Shown here: positions 20,078 to 30,253 of the stretch, piece by piece
Layout: every line of letters begins with the position of its first letter
Position numbering within the stretch: the stretch's first letter is position 1
Sequence record: PP445229.1
Origin: Escherichia phage EC.W2-6
Length of the DNA: 64,000 nucleotides
Direction: 5' to 3' (one strand)
Position numbers and translations under genes: made by a program
The notes under the pieces: model-generated
The model's input: only the letters and a program-made list of their open reading frames with translations
Database searches by the model: none
Told to the model about the DNA's origin: nothing

Positions 20078-20882
20078 GCTCCCTGAAGTTGCTATAGTGG
20101 ACGCTGACGTTCTTCGGTATGAAGTGGGCGCTCTTACTCAGGAGCATCCCTTTCTTGACACAGGACGTGTTCCAGTTGATTACAATTTCATGATTGAACG
20201 ACTTCAGTACAAGATCGATACAATCATAGCTCGCTCGGGTTGTAGTAAGGTTGTATTCTACTTCAGCGAAGGTGGTAACTTTCGTTTCGATGTTGCTAAG
20301 CAACAAGACTACAAGGCAAATAGACCTCCCGGAGAAAGACCTTTTCACTGGCAAAACGTTGGCGATTACATTAAAGCCAAGTACGAATATGTTGAGGTCT
20401 TTGGGAGAGAAGCTGATGATGCATTAGCTGAAAGGCAACGTAGGGATAAGAATACTATCATCTGTACTAGAGACAAGGATTTGTTGATAACTCCCGGATG
20501 GCATTATCGCTGGGCTTGTGGAGAAAGACAGAAAGAAGTACCTCCTCATTATGTATCTGACTTGGTATCATGGCAAAATTTCTTCTATCAAATGTTGATT
20601 GGGGATGGGACAGATAACATTCCCGGATGTGGTGAACGTAAAGAAGTTATGTGGGGCGGTAAGCTCCAGCTACGACGTCAAGGTGTCGGGAAGAAAGCAG
20701 CAGCTAGTCTGTTGGCTGGTGTTGCAGATAAGTGGACCATGTATCATATAGTACGAATGGAATATTATAAGAAGTTCGATACTGAAGATGAAGAGAAGAT
20801 GCTCGAGAATGCTCGGCTTCTCTTTGTTGGTCAGACTCCGGAAGACCTGTTCGACTGGACATGGTTAGATAAATCTTGGTAA
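20064..20882 (+). CDS. 5'-3' exonuclease / flap endonuclease (T7 gp6-like)
   Basis: VAIVDADVLRYE and IICTRDKDLLI resemble FEN motifs; start uncertain (20040-20064). Confidence 0.65.
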   Translation: MEEVKLPEVAIVDADVLRYEVGALTQEHPFLDTGRVPVDYNFMIERLQYKIDTIIARSGCSKVVFYFSEGGNFRFDVAKQQDYKANRPPGERPFHWQNVGDYIKAKYEYVEVFGREADDALAERQRRDKNTIICTRDKDLLITPGWHYRWACGERQKEVPPHYVSDLVSWQNFFYQMLIGDGTDNIPGCGERKEVMWGGKLQLRRQGVGKKAAASLLAGVADKWTMYHIVRMEYYKKFDTEDEEKMLENARLLFVGQTPEDLFDWTWLDKSW

Positions 20883-20895
20883 TAAGGATATTATA

Positions 20896-21075
20896 ATGGG
20901 TAAATTTGATTATCGTTCATATGATGAAAACTCCTCCAACCGTGAATCTCGTAAAGACCAAAAGATTAAACATCAACTGTTTGATCAGAGAACTGGTCGT
21001 ATTCCTCGTGAGGGTAAGGTGAGCCATCGTGTAAACAAACGAGTTTGGGAAGAAGCTGATTATGGCGAAGTCTGA
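20896..21075 (+). CDS. small basic hypothetical protein
   Basis: 59-aa ORF with AAGGA RBS; overlaps start of next gene. Confidence 0.25.
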   Translation: MGKFDYRSYDENSSNRESRKDQKIKHQLFDQRTGRIPREGKVSHRVNKRVWEEADYGEV

Positions 21076-21463
21076 GAAGACTCGCTGTAGTGGAATGTGG
21101 ACTGAAGCTCGTTACAACTCTTTCATCAAGTCAGGGATTCGTTCTCTGACTAGAAAGTGGAAGCCCATGTTCGATGCACTAGCAGACGCCAAGACAGAGC
21201 AGAAGATTAATCCAAAGACAGGAAGACTGGCAATGCACTTTAAATGTGCCATGTGTGGTTCTGACCACCCTGTAAAGGATATGGCTATTGACCACATAGA
21301 GCCTATAGTTCCCTTAGATCATGAAGCAACTTGGGATGAAATCATCTCTCGTGCTCTGTGTGAGAAAGAAGGTTTTCAGGTTCTATGTAAAGACCCTTGT
21401 CATAAGATTAAAACAAAAGAAGAGAATGATGCAAGAAAACAATTCAAAAAAGGAAATGAGTGA
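21062..21463 (+). CDS. HNH endonuclease
   Basis: CAMCGSDHP...DHIEPIV...LCKDPCHKIK HNH pattern. Confidence 0.65.
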   Translation: MAKSEKTRCSGMWTEARYNSFIKSGIRSLTRKWKPMFDALADAKTEQKINPKTGRLAMHFKCAMCGSDHPVKDMAIDHIEPIVPLDHEATWDEIISRALCEKEGFQVLCKDPCHKIKTKEENDARKQFKKGNE

Positions 21464-21683
21464 TGATCAAAAATCTACGCAACAAGTGCTTCGCTTTCGC
21501 TATCGCAATTGGAGAGGCGAGGTTGCTGACCGGTCCGTTATTCCACTCCGAACCTCCGTTGCTAGCTCCCGTTTTCATAACGGTGGCAAACCTTGTTGGA
21601 TTATGACAGCGATAGATGTAGAGAAAGATGAGATTCGAGAGTTCAAACTCTCTGACATTATTCAGTATTACGATTTAATCTAG
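21456..21683 (+). CDS. hypothetical protein
   Basis: Internal ATG of listed 21321 ORF overlapping HNH stop. Confidence 0.4.
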   Translation: MSDDQKSTQQVLRFRYRNWRGEVADRSVIPLRTSVASSRFHNGGKPCWIMTAIDVEKDEIREFKLSDIIQYYDLI

Positions 21684-22008
21684 GAACTGACATTATCACA
21701 CAAGCAGATAAAAATAAACTCTTCGACTTAATCCACGACCTATTAGAAGCTCAGAGCTTTATTGACAATGCCGATACTTGGGAGATGGAAGCAGCTGGAA
21801 AAGCTTTTGATGAAAGTGAAGAGAAACTTACTAATTTTATAAACACAATCTAGGAGGGTATATGAATGAAGAAGTTGTTATCCTTGGAAGTAAATCAGAT
21901 TGGTTCTATGGAGGCATCTCAGGATGCTTTGAAGATGAACATCCAGACTTCTGAAGAAAATTGGGATGTATGACGAATTTGATGGTTTTTAAAACTTAGA
22001 AACAAATA

Positions 22009-22041
22009 AAGCCCCTTCCTTTCGGTTGGGGCTTTTCTTTT
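22009..22041. terminator. bidirectional terminator between convergent blocks
   Basis: AAGCCCC...GGGGCTT hairpin flanked by A/T runs on both sides, at the junction of + and - blocks. Confidence 0.6.
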
Positions 22042-22042
22042 A

Positions 22043-25000
22043 TCACTCCTTAGGTCGAACTCTTACACGGAGTCTCGATTGACGCTTACTGCGTTCAAGC
22101 TTCTCTGACAATGAGCCACGTTTAATCTTAGGCTTCCCTTCGTCATTAAACTTCTCCAAGAACTGCAAGTACTCAGTACGATTTGTTGTCTTGTAAGAAG
22201 GAATCTTGATATCAGGGTTCTCTTCAATCACACGTCTCATCTTCGCTACATCATCCCTACCAAGCAACTTACTCTTAGCCTGTTCAGCTGTAGAACCAAA
22301 GATCTTCTCCAGTGCTCTGGATTTGTTACCACCTGCGGAAGAAGCACCAAGTTTAGCAATGGCAGAGTAATCATCAGCACTAAACCAAGCTACTGGATTA
22401 TCACCATACTTCTTCTTGTTTTCAGCAGCAGTCTGCAATGCACGTACAAAGCGACGGTTGTTACCAGCCTTATCTGCACCATGAACCCTGTCTAAAACTT
22501 CAGCCACACTAGCTAATTCATCCAAGCTCTTCCCGCTTAAGAAAGCTTTCTCTACTTTATCAGCAAAGACCTCTTCCTGTTGTTTAATGCTTTCCAAGAT
22601 ATCAGAATTTGCTTGAGATTTTTCATCATCAGGTAGAGCAGAACGAATCTTCTCCATCTCCAATTCTTCCTCTTGCAGTTTCTTAATATCAGAGTCAACC
22701 TTCTGAGCCTCCTCAATAGCCTTCCTAGTATCCGCATCCAAGTTATCAAGCTTACCTTCAGTATCTCCAGTAACCTTAACAATCTCTTTCTCGATAGGAG
22801 TCATTGATTCGTACTTCTTAGCAAACTTCTCAACATCAGCTTCGATACGAGAACGAGCATTCTGATGTTCAGTAGGAGTCATAGGTTTCTCAAGAAGTGC
22901 ATAACGGTTGTCCATATAGGAACCAGCAAACGCTTCAGCATCCTCTCTAGATATGCCCTTATCTTCCATAGTACGCATCAGGCGGCGATGAATGTCATCA
23001 CGTTGACGTTGTACTGCCATAAGATCATTCTCACGCTCTTGGGCCGCTTTAAGCTCTTCACTGCGCTTAACTCTCTTGTCCACATCAAACTTACGGTTCA
23101 TCTCTTCCGCTTGCTCGTACATCTTGTTCCACTTGGCCTGACGAGCATCTTCCTCTGCATCAGTTAAACGACGCTGACGATCAAGGTAATCTGACTCGGC
23201 GTTGTGGATACGTTCAATGTAACTACGGAACTTCTCTGGAGGAACTGGAGAGTTCTTGTCATGGTGAGCAGCCAACTGTTTCAATGTACGAGATTCCTGA
23301 GCCTCACGAACAGGTTTAGGTAAACCTTCCATCATCTTCTCAATCTCACTCTTCTGAGCTGCAATAGCCTCTAAAGTTTTACGTTCATTCTCAACAGCAG
23401 CCTTAGCATCTGAACGAGCCTGAGCCTTTTTCCTGAGGGTAGCAAGACGTTCTTCACGAGCCTGTAAGTGCTTAGCAGCAGCTTCGTACTGAGAGTTCTT
23501 GTTAGCTTTGTTGAAGGCATTCACTTCTCTGTTGTAGGTGTTAATAAACCCATCCCAAATATCCTTCATCTGACCAACTTCCAAAGCCTCTTCCCTACCA
23601 GCCTTCTCTGAAGATTTAAACTTCCCATCTACAAAGTCATTCATCAGCTTACGCATAGCATCTTTCTGAGCAGGACGTAAAGGTTCTGAATCAATCAAAG
23701 CATCAATCTCAGACTGAAGCTCTTTCTTCTGATCAACCAGTTTAGGAGCATCTTTCTTATCGAAAGCTTTGTTCTCTTCTAGAGCTTGTTGGTACAGTCT
23801 ATCAAACTCATCCTCACGCTGCTTCTGATACAACCTTTCAGCACGACGTTTCAGACTATCCAAGTTAGTTACGTTCCCACCTAAACCTTTCTCTTCAGCA
23901 CGTAATGCCTTAGTAGCAATGTCTTCTGGCAGACCACGTTCTTTAACCCATTCAGCAAAATTAGTTCGTACAGTGTTGTTCTTAGCAGTAGCAATACCTT
24001 GCTGAGAGGCCAGCTGGTTACGAGCCATTTCTTCATGACGTTCAGTGTTGATAGCATTATCTTCCTGACGAATACGACGCATCAGTTCCTTAGGATCGCC
24101 TTTATAAGCCAAGAAGTTTTCAGCAGTAGCTTTAGCTTTAGCAGCCTTAGAGTACAGAGAACGAGCAAAGCGTTCTGCACGATCTTTAGTAGCCTGACGA
24201 GCAGCACTAGACATAGCAGCTAAACGTTCTACACCACTTGCCGGTTTAACGTCCTGTACAGCTTCCTTAGGAGCTTTAGGAGCACGAGCAGGTAACGGCT
24301 CAGCTTTGACTGTTGGTTCCTCTACGGTTGGTTCTGGAGCCTGTGCGGCCTCTTCTTGAGCACGTTGCTGTTCCATTGCACGACGCTCCTCTAGAGGGTT
24401 ACGAGCAGGGAGAGGTTCAGCCTGTGGAGCTTGTTCGACCGGAGCTTCTTGAGCTGCTGCTGCCTCTTCTTCAGCTCGACGCTGTTCAGCCTGACGGATA
24501 GCGCGTCTTTGCGCAACTAAATCACGAGCTGTGAGAGGGGTTTCTTGAGGAGTAGAAGAAGGAAGATTTTCTTCCGTCACAGTACTAGAAGAAGGCTCCC
24601 GAACCGGTTCGGTTTCCACGTCATTTTGCGTCTTAAATTTAATGTCATCAACAACTGGTTCTTCTTCCATCTTAGCACGAGCTTCATCAGCAGTAGATTT
24701 AGCACGAGCAACTTCCAAATCACCACGAGCCAGAGAGCGGATAGCTTCACTATTAGACTCTTGTTGCTTAACACGTTGAGAACGGGCACGCTGAGAAGAG
24801 AAGCGATTCAGAGCATATTTAGCAGCACCGAGAGTGTTCATCACCAGACTAGGAGAAGAAGCCTCACGGAATCCATCATCAGTCAAGGAAGTCCAACCAC
24901 GATCTTGGTTGCTCATGAATTTAGCTGTATTGTTCAGAGTATAAGCATCTTGAATAGGATTAAAACCTTCAGGCATACCTTTCAGTTTCTTCAACCCACC

Positions 25001-26464
25001 AATAGCTTTCTTCATCTCTGGAGAAACATTATCAGCCATCTTCTGTAGTTCAGCAGCTTTCTCTACAAAGTTATTAAAGTCTTCGCCATCACGAGCTTTG
25101 AATCGATTTGCTTCATTGTAGAAAGTCTTGTAAGCATCAATGAAATCACGGTCGGCTTGTGTACGGTTCTTAATATCAATCGGACTACCAGTAAAATCAC
25201 CAGAAGCTCGGAGAGAGGTTAATTCACGATCTAGATTATCTAGAACATCTGTAAGAGCTTTCGTGTTGTCTTTGGTGTAGTCAGCCATTGCATCCTTCAT
25301 AGCAACAGCCTGCTTCTGGTTGTGCTCGTTATCAGCGAATGCTTTACCACGAGTCTTAGCAGGAGAAGCTAAAGGGTTGAGGCCCGGAATGTTGGAATGT
25401 TCTTTCTGAATGGAAGCAGCTTTCTCAGCACGAGCTTGGTCAGTATTAAGAATACGCTGAGCAGCAGGAGAGTCTACAGCAACAGCATCTGTAATACGGA
25501 ATCCATTCTCATCCAGAAGGTTCAGAGCAGAAGCAGCGTTAGCAGTTTCAGCTTTAGAGTAAGCTTCTTTCAGTTCATCAATATTCTTAGCACTACGAAT
25601 TAGTTCATCATCAGCAGCAATATCAGTCTTCGCATACTCTGGAGTGTTCTTGAAGACAGTAGAATCCGGACGGTTAATCAAACCATGAACCCCACCAACT
25701 GCACCACCGAATGCAGCACCCATAGCACCTTCTTCGATAGCACCTTCTAATACATTAGCAAAGGTTGTATCATCTCCATGCTTGTTCTGAGCTTCAGCAG
25801 CACCTACAAGAGCGCCACCTTTAGCACCAGCCACTGCGTTAGTAGCAACGTTCTGACCAATACGTCCAAGTGTGGACTCAGCTGTACCAACAGCGCCCGG
25901 AAGGATTCTCTGAGCCGCATAGTTAGCACCACCAACTAAGGCTGCATCTAGAATAGATTTATCTTCCCCCTCTTCAGGGGTTTGGTCTGCATATGCACGA
26001 CCTGTCTCACGACCTGCGATGATAGCAGCAGCAGCCAATGGGTTAGCAACAGTCATACCAATATCACCAGCAACGCCAGCATACTGACCTACAGTTTTAC
26101 CAATCCCATCCTCAATCTTATCCATACGTTCTTTCAGAAGATTCTGAGAGTTCTCTTGGATACGCTTACCATAACTAGTTTGTGCTCCAGCTAGATTCTC
26201 ACCAATCTCAACTAAACCACCAATACCTTTAGCAGCACTAGCTGCAATATTTGCACCACCAGATTGAAGAGCATTTGACACACCTTGAGCAAACTCACCT
26301 ATAGCACCACGTTCTTCTTGTTGTGGTTGTGCTACTGGCTGTTCCTCAGGAATAGAGCCACCTGCTGCCTTATATTGTTCTCTCATTTGAGCTTGTTGCT
26401 CCGGAGAGGCATTCAGATACGCAGGAGCTTTGGAAGCTTCTTCCCACGGTTTAATGTTAGCCAT
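22043..26464 (-). CDS. large internal virion/ejection protein (1473 aa)
   Basis: Gly/Ala-rich N-terminus, long coiled-coil, AEPLPAR repeats; AAGGAGA RBS before ATG at 26464; last gene of late operon. Confidence 0.6.
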   Translation of the reverse strand: MANIKPWEEASKAPAYLNASPEQQAQMREQYKAAGGSIPEEQPVAQPQQEERGAIGEFAQGVSNALQSGGANIAASAAKGIGGLVEIGENLAGAQTSYGKRIQENSQNLLKERMDKIEDGIGKTVGQYAGVAGDIGMTVANPLAAAAIIAGRETGRAYADQTPEEGEDKSILDAALVGGANYAAQRILPGAVGTAESTLGRIGQNVATNAVAGAKGGALVGAAEAQNKHGDDTTFANVLEGAIEEGAMGAAFGGAVGGVHGLINRPDSTVFKNTPEYAKTDIAADDELIRSAKNIDELKEAYSKAETANAASALNLLDENGFRITDAVAVDSPAAQRILNTDQARAEKAASIQKEHSNIPGLNPLASPAKTRGKAFADNEHNQKQAVAMKDAMADYTKDNTKALTDVLDNLDRELTSLRASGDFTGSPIDIKNRTQADRDFIDAYKTFYNEANRFKARDGEDFNNFVEKAAELQKMADNVSPEMKKAIGGLKKLKGMPEGFNPIQDAYTLNNTAKFMSNQDRGWTSLTDDGFREASSPSLVMNTLGAAKYALNRFSSQRARSQRVKQQESNSEAIRSLARGDLEVARAKSTADEARAKMEEEPVVDDIKFKTQNDVETEPVREPSSSTVTEENLPSSTPQETPLTARDLVAQRRAIRQAEQRRAEEEAAAAQEAPVEQAPQAEPLPARNPLEERRAMEQQRAQEEAAQAPEPTVEEPTVKAEPLPARAPKAPKEAVQDVKPASGVERLAAMSSAARQATKDRAERFARSLYSKAAKAKATAENFLAYKGDPKELMRRIRQEDNAINTERHEEMARNQLASQQGIATAKNNTVRTNFAEWVKERGLPEDIATKALRAEEKGLGGNVTNLDSLKRRAERLYQKQREDEFDRLYQQALEENKAFDKKDAPKLVDQKKELQSEIDALIDSEPLRPAQKDAMRKLMNDFVDGKFKSSEKAGREEALEVGQMKDIWDGFINTYNREVNAFNKANKNSQYEAAAKHLQAREERLATLRKKAQARSDAKAAVENERKTLEAIAAQKSEIEKMMEGLPKPVREAQESRTLKQLAAHHDKNSPVPPEKFRSYIERIHNAESDYLDRQRRLTDAEEDARQAKWNKMYEQAEEMNRKFDVDKRVKRSEELKAAQERENDLMAVQRQRDDIHRRLMRTMEDKGISREDAEAFAGSYMDNRYALLEKPMTPTEHQNARSRIEADVEKFAKKYESMTPIEKEIVKVTGDTEGKLDNLDADTRKAIEEAQKVDSDIKKLQEEELEMEKIRSALPDDEKSQANSDILESIKQQEEVFADKVEKAFLSGKSLDELASVAEVLDRVHGADKAGNNRRFVRALQTAAENKKKYGDNPVAWFSADDYSAIAKLGASSAGGNKSRALEKIFGSTAEQAKSKLLGRDDVAKMRRVIEENPDIKIPSYKTTNRTEYLQFLEKFNDEGKPKIKRGSLSEKLERSKRQSRLRVRVRPKE

Positions 26465-26531
26465 AACGTCTCCTTTTATAAATAAAAATGTCCTACCCCC
26501 TATATACATTATAGAAGGCAGGACTTAGGTC

Positions 26532-28187
26532 TTATTGAGTAAACCAGCTAGTGTCTTCGACAGCTGATAAAGCACCATTGAGCTTAGGATTGGTTGCTGC
26601 ACCACCAACTGCTTCTTCTGCTTGTTCAGAGAAAACACCTAGAGGGTCATAGAAACCACCAGAAGGGATTGCACGGTTAACCAATGCAGTAGCTCTCTTC
26701 TTATCCATACCAGAACCGATGTAAGCTTCAATCGTAGCTCTCTTAGCATCAGCAACACCTTTCATTGCAGAGGTGTGACCAACGTTAGCTTGCTTACGAG
26801 CATAAGCAAGAGCAGAATCAGTAGGACGCCATCCAGATTTCAGTGCAAACTTGTTGCCAACACGAACGAAGATTGATGGGTCTTCTGCAAAGTGCCCCAA
26901 GTCTTCTTCGGTAAGAGAACGAGTAGCACCGATTTCAGCCCTTGCGGAGTTCATGATAGCCTGCATGTAAGCAGAACGAGCTGTCTGATAGTCTTTATCC
27001 TTAACAGCCTTATCAGCCAAATCCAAGTCTTTGTTAGACTGGTTAAACAGGCCACCTTTCTCTGCCCACTGCTTAGCAACCGTACCTTCAGCTGTATTCT
27101 GAGCAAGACGAACTTCTTTCGGGTTAAAGTTAAAACTCTGAGCAGCTTGTTCAGCACGTTCAGCCTTAACCTTATCACGATAACCAATCAACTCTTTCTG
27201 ACGTTCAAAGTTCATGTTAGCTCTTTCTTCAGCGGCACGACGAGTTTCATCAGCACGCTCACGCATAGTTTGCTCTTGAATCTGTTGACGTCTATCCCAT
27301 TCAGCATTTTGTCGTTCTTCACGAGCAGCATACAACGCTTCTTTCTGAGCAGGGTCTACAGCTCTCATCTTCAGTAGAGATGGGTCTCCGTTAGCAATAG
27401 CAGCTGCAATCGAGTCTTGAGAGAAGCCTTGTTCAATCAGAGCATCACGGTTAGCTTCCAGTTGCTTCTTAGTCTCATCTTGATTAGCCATTCCCTGACC
27501 AATCTGGAAAGCTTCAATAGGAGACTTACCTGACATAATGGAAAGACCTACACCCATCAAACCTGTGTAGAAACTAGAGTTCTGATAGAATGGTTCTTTC
27601 TGTAGCTTGTTCCAAGCTTCCGAAGGGTCTTTAGCTTTCGCAACTTGCAAGATATCATTGTTAACACGTTCCTGATCTTTAGCACGAGTAGCAGCAGCCA
27701 TTCCATCACCAGTATCTTGTCCTTGAGCAAGAGTATTAATCACACCTTGTGCCTGTTCCACCTGAGAAGGAGTAAACTCCATAGGACCAGCTTCTAACGG
27801 TTTAGTAGGAGGTGTTACCGGAAGAGGGTCACTAGGCATAAGCCCAGCATCCTGTAAACCTTGATCAGTGGATAGGTTAGGGTTAGACGCTACAGGGGCC
27901 GGTGCTCCAATATCAATACCTTGAAGACTTGTAGGAGTTCCTTGATTCTGCTGTTCCATAAGACGTTGCTGGAATCCCGGATTAACCATAGCAGTCTGAT
28001 CTTCTTCTGCCTGAGAGACAAGACCCGCAAGAGATGAAGGTACAGCAGGACGTTGATACATAGAAATATCTGCTGTCTGAGTTGGTCTAGCCATATAAGG
28101 AGAGGCCGAAGCCGCTCCCGGATTAACACCATAGAAAGTATTTCTCGGGTCACGACTTCTGACCTGAGCGTAAGTTGTCTGTTGCAT
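26532..28187 (-). CDS. virion structural protein (551 aa)
   Basis: Late-operon ORF with AGGAGA RBS; coiled-coil central region. Confidence 0.5.
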   Translation of the reverse strand: MQQTTYAQVRSRDPRNTFYGVNPGAASASPYMARPTQTADISMYQRPAVPSSLAGLVSQAEEDQTAMVNPGFQQRLMEQQNQGTPTSLQGIDIGAPAPVASNPNLSTDQGLQDAGLMPSDPLPVTPPTKPLEAGPMEFTPSQVEQAQGVINTLAQGQDTGDGMAAATRAKDQERVNNDILQVAKAKDPSEAWNKLQKEPFYQNSSFYTGLMGVGLSIMSGKSPIEAFQIGQGMANQDETKKQLEANRDALIEQGFSQDSIAAAIANGDPSLLKMRAVDPAQKEALYAAREERQNAEWDRRQQIQEQTMRERADETRRAAEERANMNFERQKELIGYRDKVKAERAEQAAQSFNFNPKEVRLAQNTAEGTVAKQWAEKGGLFNQSNKDLDLADKAVKDKDYQTARSAYMQAIMNSARAEIGATRSLTEEDLGHFAEDPSIFVRVGNKFALKSGWRPTDSALAYARKQANVGHTSAMKGVADAKRATIEAYIGSGMDKKRATALVNRAIPSGGFYDPLGVFSEQAEEAVGGAATNPKLNGALSAVEDTSWFTQ

Positions 28188-28200
28188 ATTTATCTCCTAA

Positions 28201-29169
28201 TTAAGTACTAGCCAACCCACCGATTACACCCCCAGCTAATGCACCCCAAGGCCCAAAGGAAGAGCCAGCTGCTGCACCACTCATAGCTCCACCAAGGAAA
28301 CCACCTTTGCCACCAGATGTTTTAGTAGTTGTAGTTTGTCCGAGAGCACCGTTAAGTACACCTGCTGCACCGAGTTGGTTATTGATATCTTGCCATCCCC
28401 AATTAGCTGCGTTCTGAGCATTCTGGTAGGCATTATCATATTCATTCTGTTGTTGCTGTTGTTGCTGCAACCCTGCATTCCATTGATTCATTATTTGCTG
28501 TTGAGACAAATTAGCACCCTGCTGACCTAGGTTAGAAAGGTTAGAACCAATATTAGAAAGACCAGAGAGAGCAGCTGCCTGATTCTGTCTATTACCAGAG
28601 AGGATGCTTTCAGCTTGGCTAATAGCCGAGTTATAGGCACTATTGGTAATATCTGTTGCTTGGCCTTGCATCTGATTCAGAGCATCACCTTGGGCAAAAG
28701 ACTTAGCCATACGAGCACCTGAACCTTGTTGACCAGCAAACTGTTGAGCTAACTGAGGAAGAGCATTACGTGCCAAGTTCTGTTGAACCTGTTCATTATT
28801 AGCTGTAATGGCTGCTTGCACAGCGTCATCATCATACAGTTGACCAGCGAGAGCACCAATCTGCTCTCCAGTAATCCCACCTTGTCCAGAGAGGCTCTGA
28901 TAACCTTTATAGGCATTATCTAGATAACCCAAGCCTTGACCTGCTGCATCCATATACTGCTGTGAGAGAGTACCTAGAGCGCCAGATTGTGCTAGGTTGT
29001 TAAGTGCCTCTGTCTGATTGTTATTAAACCCTACATTGTCACGATAAACATAATCCCCTGAACTAGTATTACCAATCTGTTGGTTAAGCTGGTCAATATA
29101 CTGTTGAATGTATTCAGGGCGAATCATTTGGGAAGTAGTTTTACTACCCCCGCCTCCGAAAAGTCCCAT
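28201..29169 (-). CDS. Gln/Asn-rich virion protein with C-terminal Gly-zipper segment (paralog A)
   Basis: Starts MGLFGGGGSKTTSQ, Q/N-rich, ends GGAMSGAAAGSSFGPWGALAGGVIGGLAST; AAGGAG RBS. Confidence 0.5.
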   Translation of the reverse strand: MGLFGGGGSKTTSQMIRPEYIQQYIDQLNQQIGNTSSGDYVYRDNVGFNNNQTEALNNLAQSGALGTLSQQYMDAAGQGLGYLDNAYKGYQSLSGQGGITGEQIGALAGQLYDDDAVQAAITANNEQVQQNLARNALPQLAQQFAGQQGSGARMAKSFAQGDALNQMQGQATDITNSAYNSAISQAESILSGNRQNQAAALSGLSNIGSNLSNLGQQGANLSQQQIMNQWNAGLQQQQQQQNEYDNAYQNAQNAANWGWQDINNQLGAAGVLNGALGQTTTTKTSGGKGGFLGGAMSGAAAGSSFGPWGALAGGVIGGLAST

Positions 29170-29181
29170 ATCAAATCTCCT

Positions 29182-30234
29182 TTAGTTTGCTCCAAATGCC
29201 CCTAAGACACCACCTAAGATATTACTACCTGCTGTGGATAACCAGTTAGACTGACCTTTCTGTTGAGAAAGATTAGAACCACCAATCATAGGACCAGCCA
29301 TTCCAGATTGCCCACCTGAGTTGTTATAGGAACTCCAAGCATTCTGAGTCTGTTGATTAGGAGAGAAAGCACCCATACGACCTGCAATACCTAATCCAGT
29401 GATACCAGCACCTAGGAGCTGTTGTCCAGTATTAACCCCCGGAGCAGCATTCTTAATCGTGTACCCAGCCATTGGGCTTACACTATTTAATACATTAAGT
29501 TGGTTGTTAAGCTGATTCCACCTATACTGTTGAGAGCCAATAGCGTTCTGCCAATTAATATCAGCTTGAGCTTGGGCTTGTTGCTGTTGTAGATTACCAG
29601 CCATGAGTTGATTCTGGATAGCTTGTTGAGTTGCCTGAACACCTTGAGCACCAAGATTGAGATTCTGTCCAGCCAATCCTGACTGAGCACCAAGTAAGCC
29701 CCTCTGGAAGTTTTGGTCTTGTTGAAGAGCACTGATTCCCATATTCTTGCCACTGATAGTACGAGCTAAGTTTGTATTAGCACTGTTCAGAGCAGCACCT
29801 TGAGCAGCAGCTCTACGGAGAGAGCCTGAATCAGAACCATTTCCGAGGGATACATTGGAAGCTGCCTTACTAGTCGCTTGAGCAAGAGCTGAGTTATTCA
29901 ATCCTTTACTAAAGTTATTAACACCATCAGCAGTTAGACCACCACCATTGACAATATTCTGATACTGCTGTGCAAGAGAGTTTAATTGGTCCAACCCTTG
30001 CTGTGTACGAGGCGTGTACATATCAGCCAATTGCTTCTGAGTAGTAGAAGCTGCTAAGTTGTTCAGAGCACCCTGTTGGTTGCCATTAAACCCAGCCAGT
30101 TGTTGGGAGATGAATCCCGGATCGTTGTTCTGCATATTCTGAGCATTAGCAACAATCTGCTTCAGCAGGGCATCAACCTGAGAGGAAGGGGCCACTGTGG
30201 TTTTGCTAGAAGCTGATTTTCCAAATAAAGACAT
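29182..30234 (-). CDS. Gln/Asn-rich virion protein with C-terminal Gly-zipper segment (paralog B)
   Basis: Starts MSLFGKSASSKTT, Q/N-rich, ends AGSNILGGVLGAFGAN; AAGGAGG RBS. Confidence 0.5.
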   Translation of the reverse strand: MSLFGKSASSKTTVAPSSQVDALLKQIVANAQNMQNNDPGFISQQLAGFNGNQQGALNNLAASTTQKQLADMYTPRTQQGLDQLNSLAQQYQNIVNGGGLTADGVNNFSKGLNNSALAQATSKAASNVSLGNGSDSGSLRRAAAQGAALNSANTNLARTISGKNMGISALQQDQNFQRGLLGAQSGLAGQNLNLGAQGVQATQQAIQNQLMAGNLQQQQAQAQADINWQNAIGSQQYRWNQLNNQLNVLNSVSPMAGYTIKNAAPGVNTGQQLLGAGITGLGIAGRMGAFSPNQQTQNAWSSYNNSGGQSGMAGPMIGGSNLSQQKGQSNWLSTAGSNILGGVLGAFGAN

Positions 30235-30253
30235 AAGTCCTCCTTAAAGATTA

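Noticed and set aside
21686-21853. Open frame after 21456..21683
   Set aside because: No ATG, GTG or TTG start in frame before the last 22 codons; treated as non-coding.
24545-25048. Plus-strand ORFs inside the late block (also 22865-23167, 26892-27377, 35252-35467, 39213-39581, 44237-44968, 47715-47978)
   Set aside because: These are antisense to long, well-supported minus-strand structural genes; low-complexity products and no RBS.
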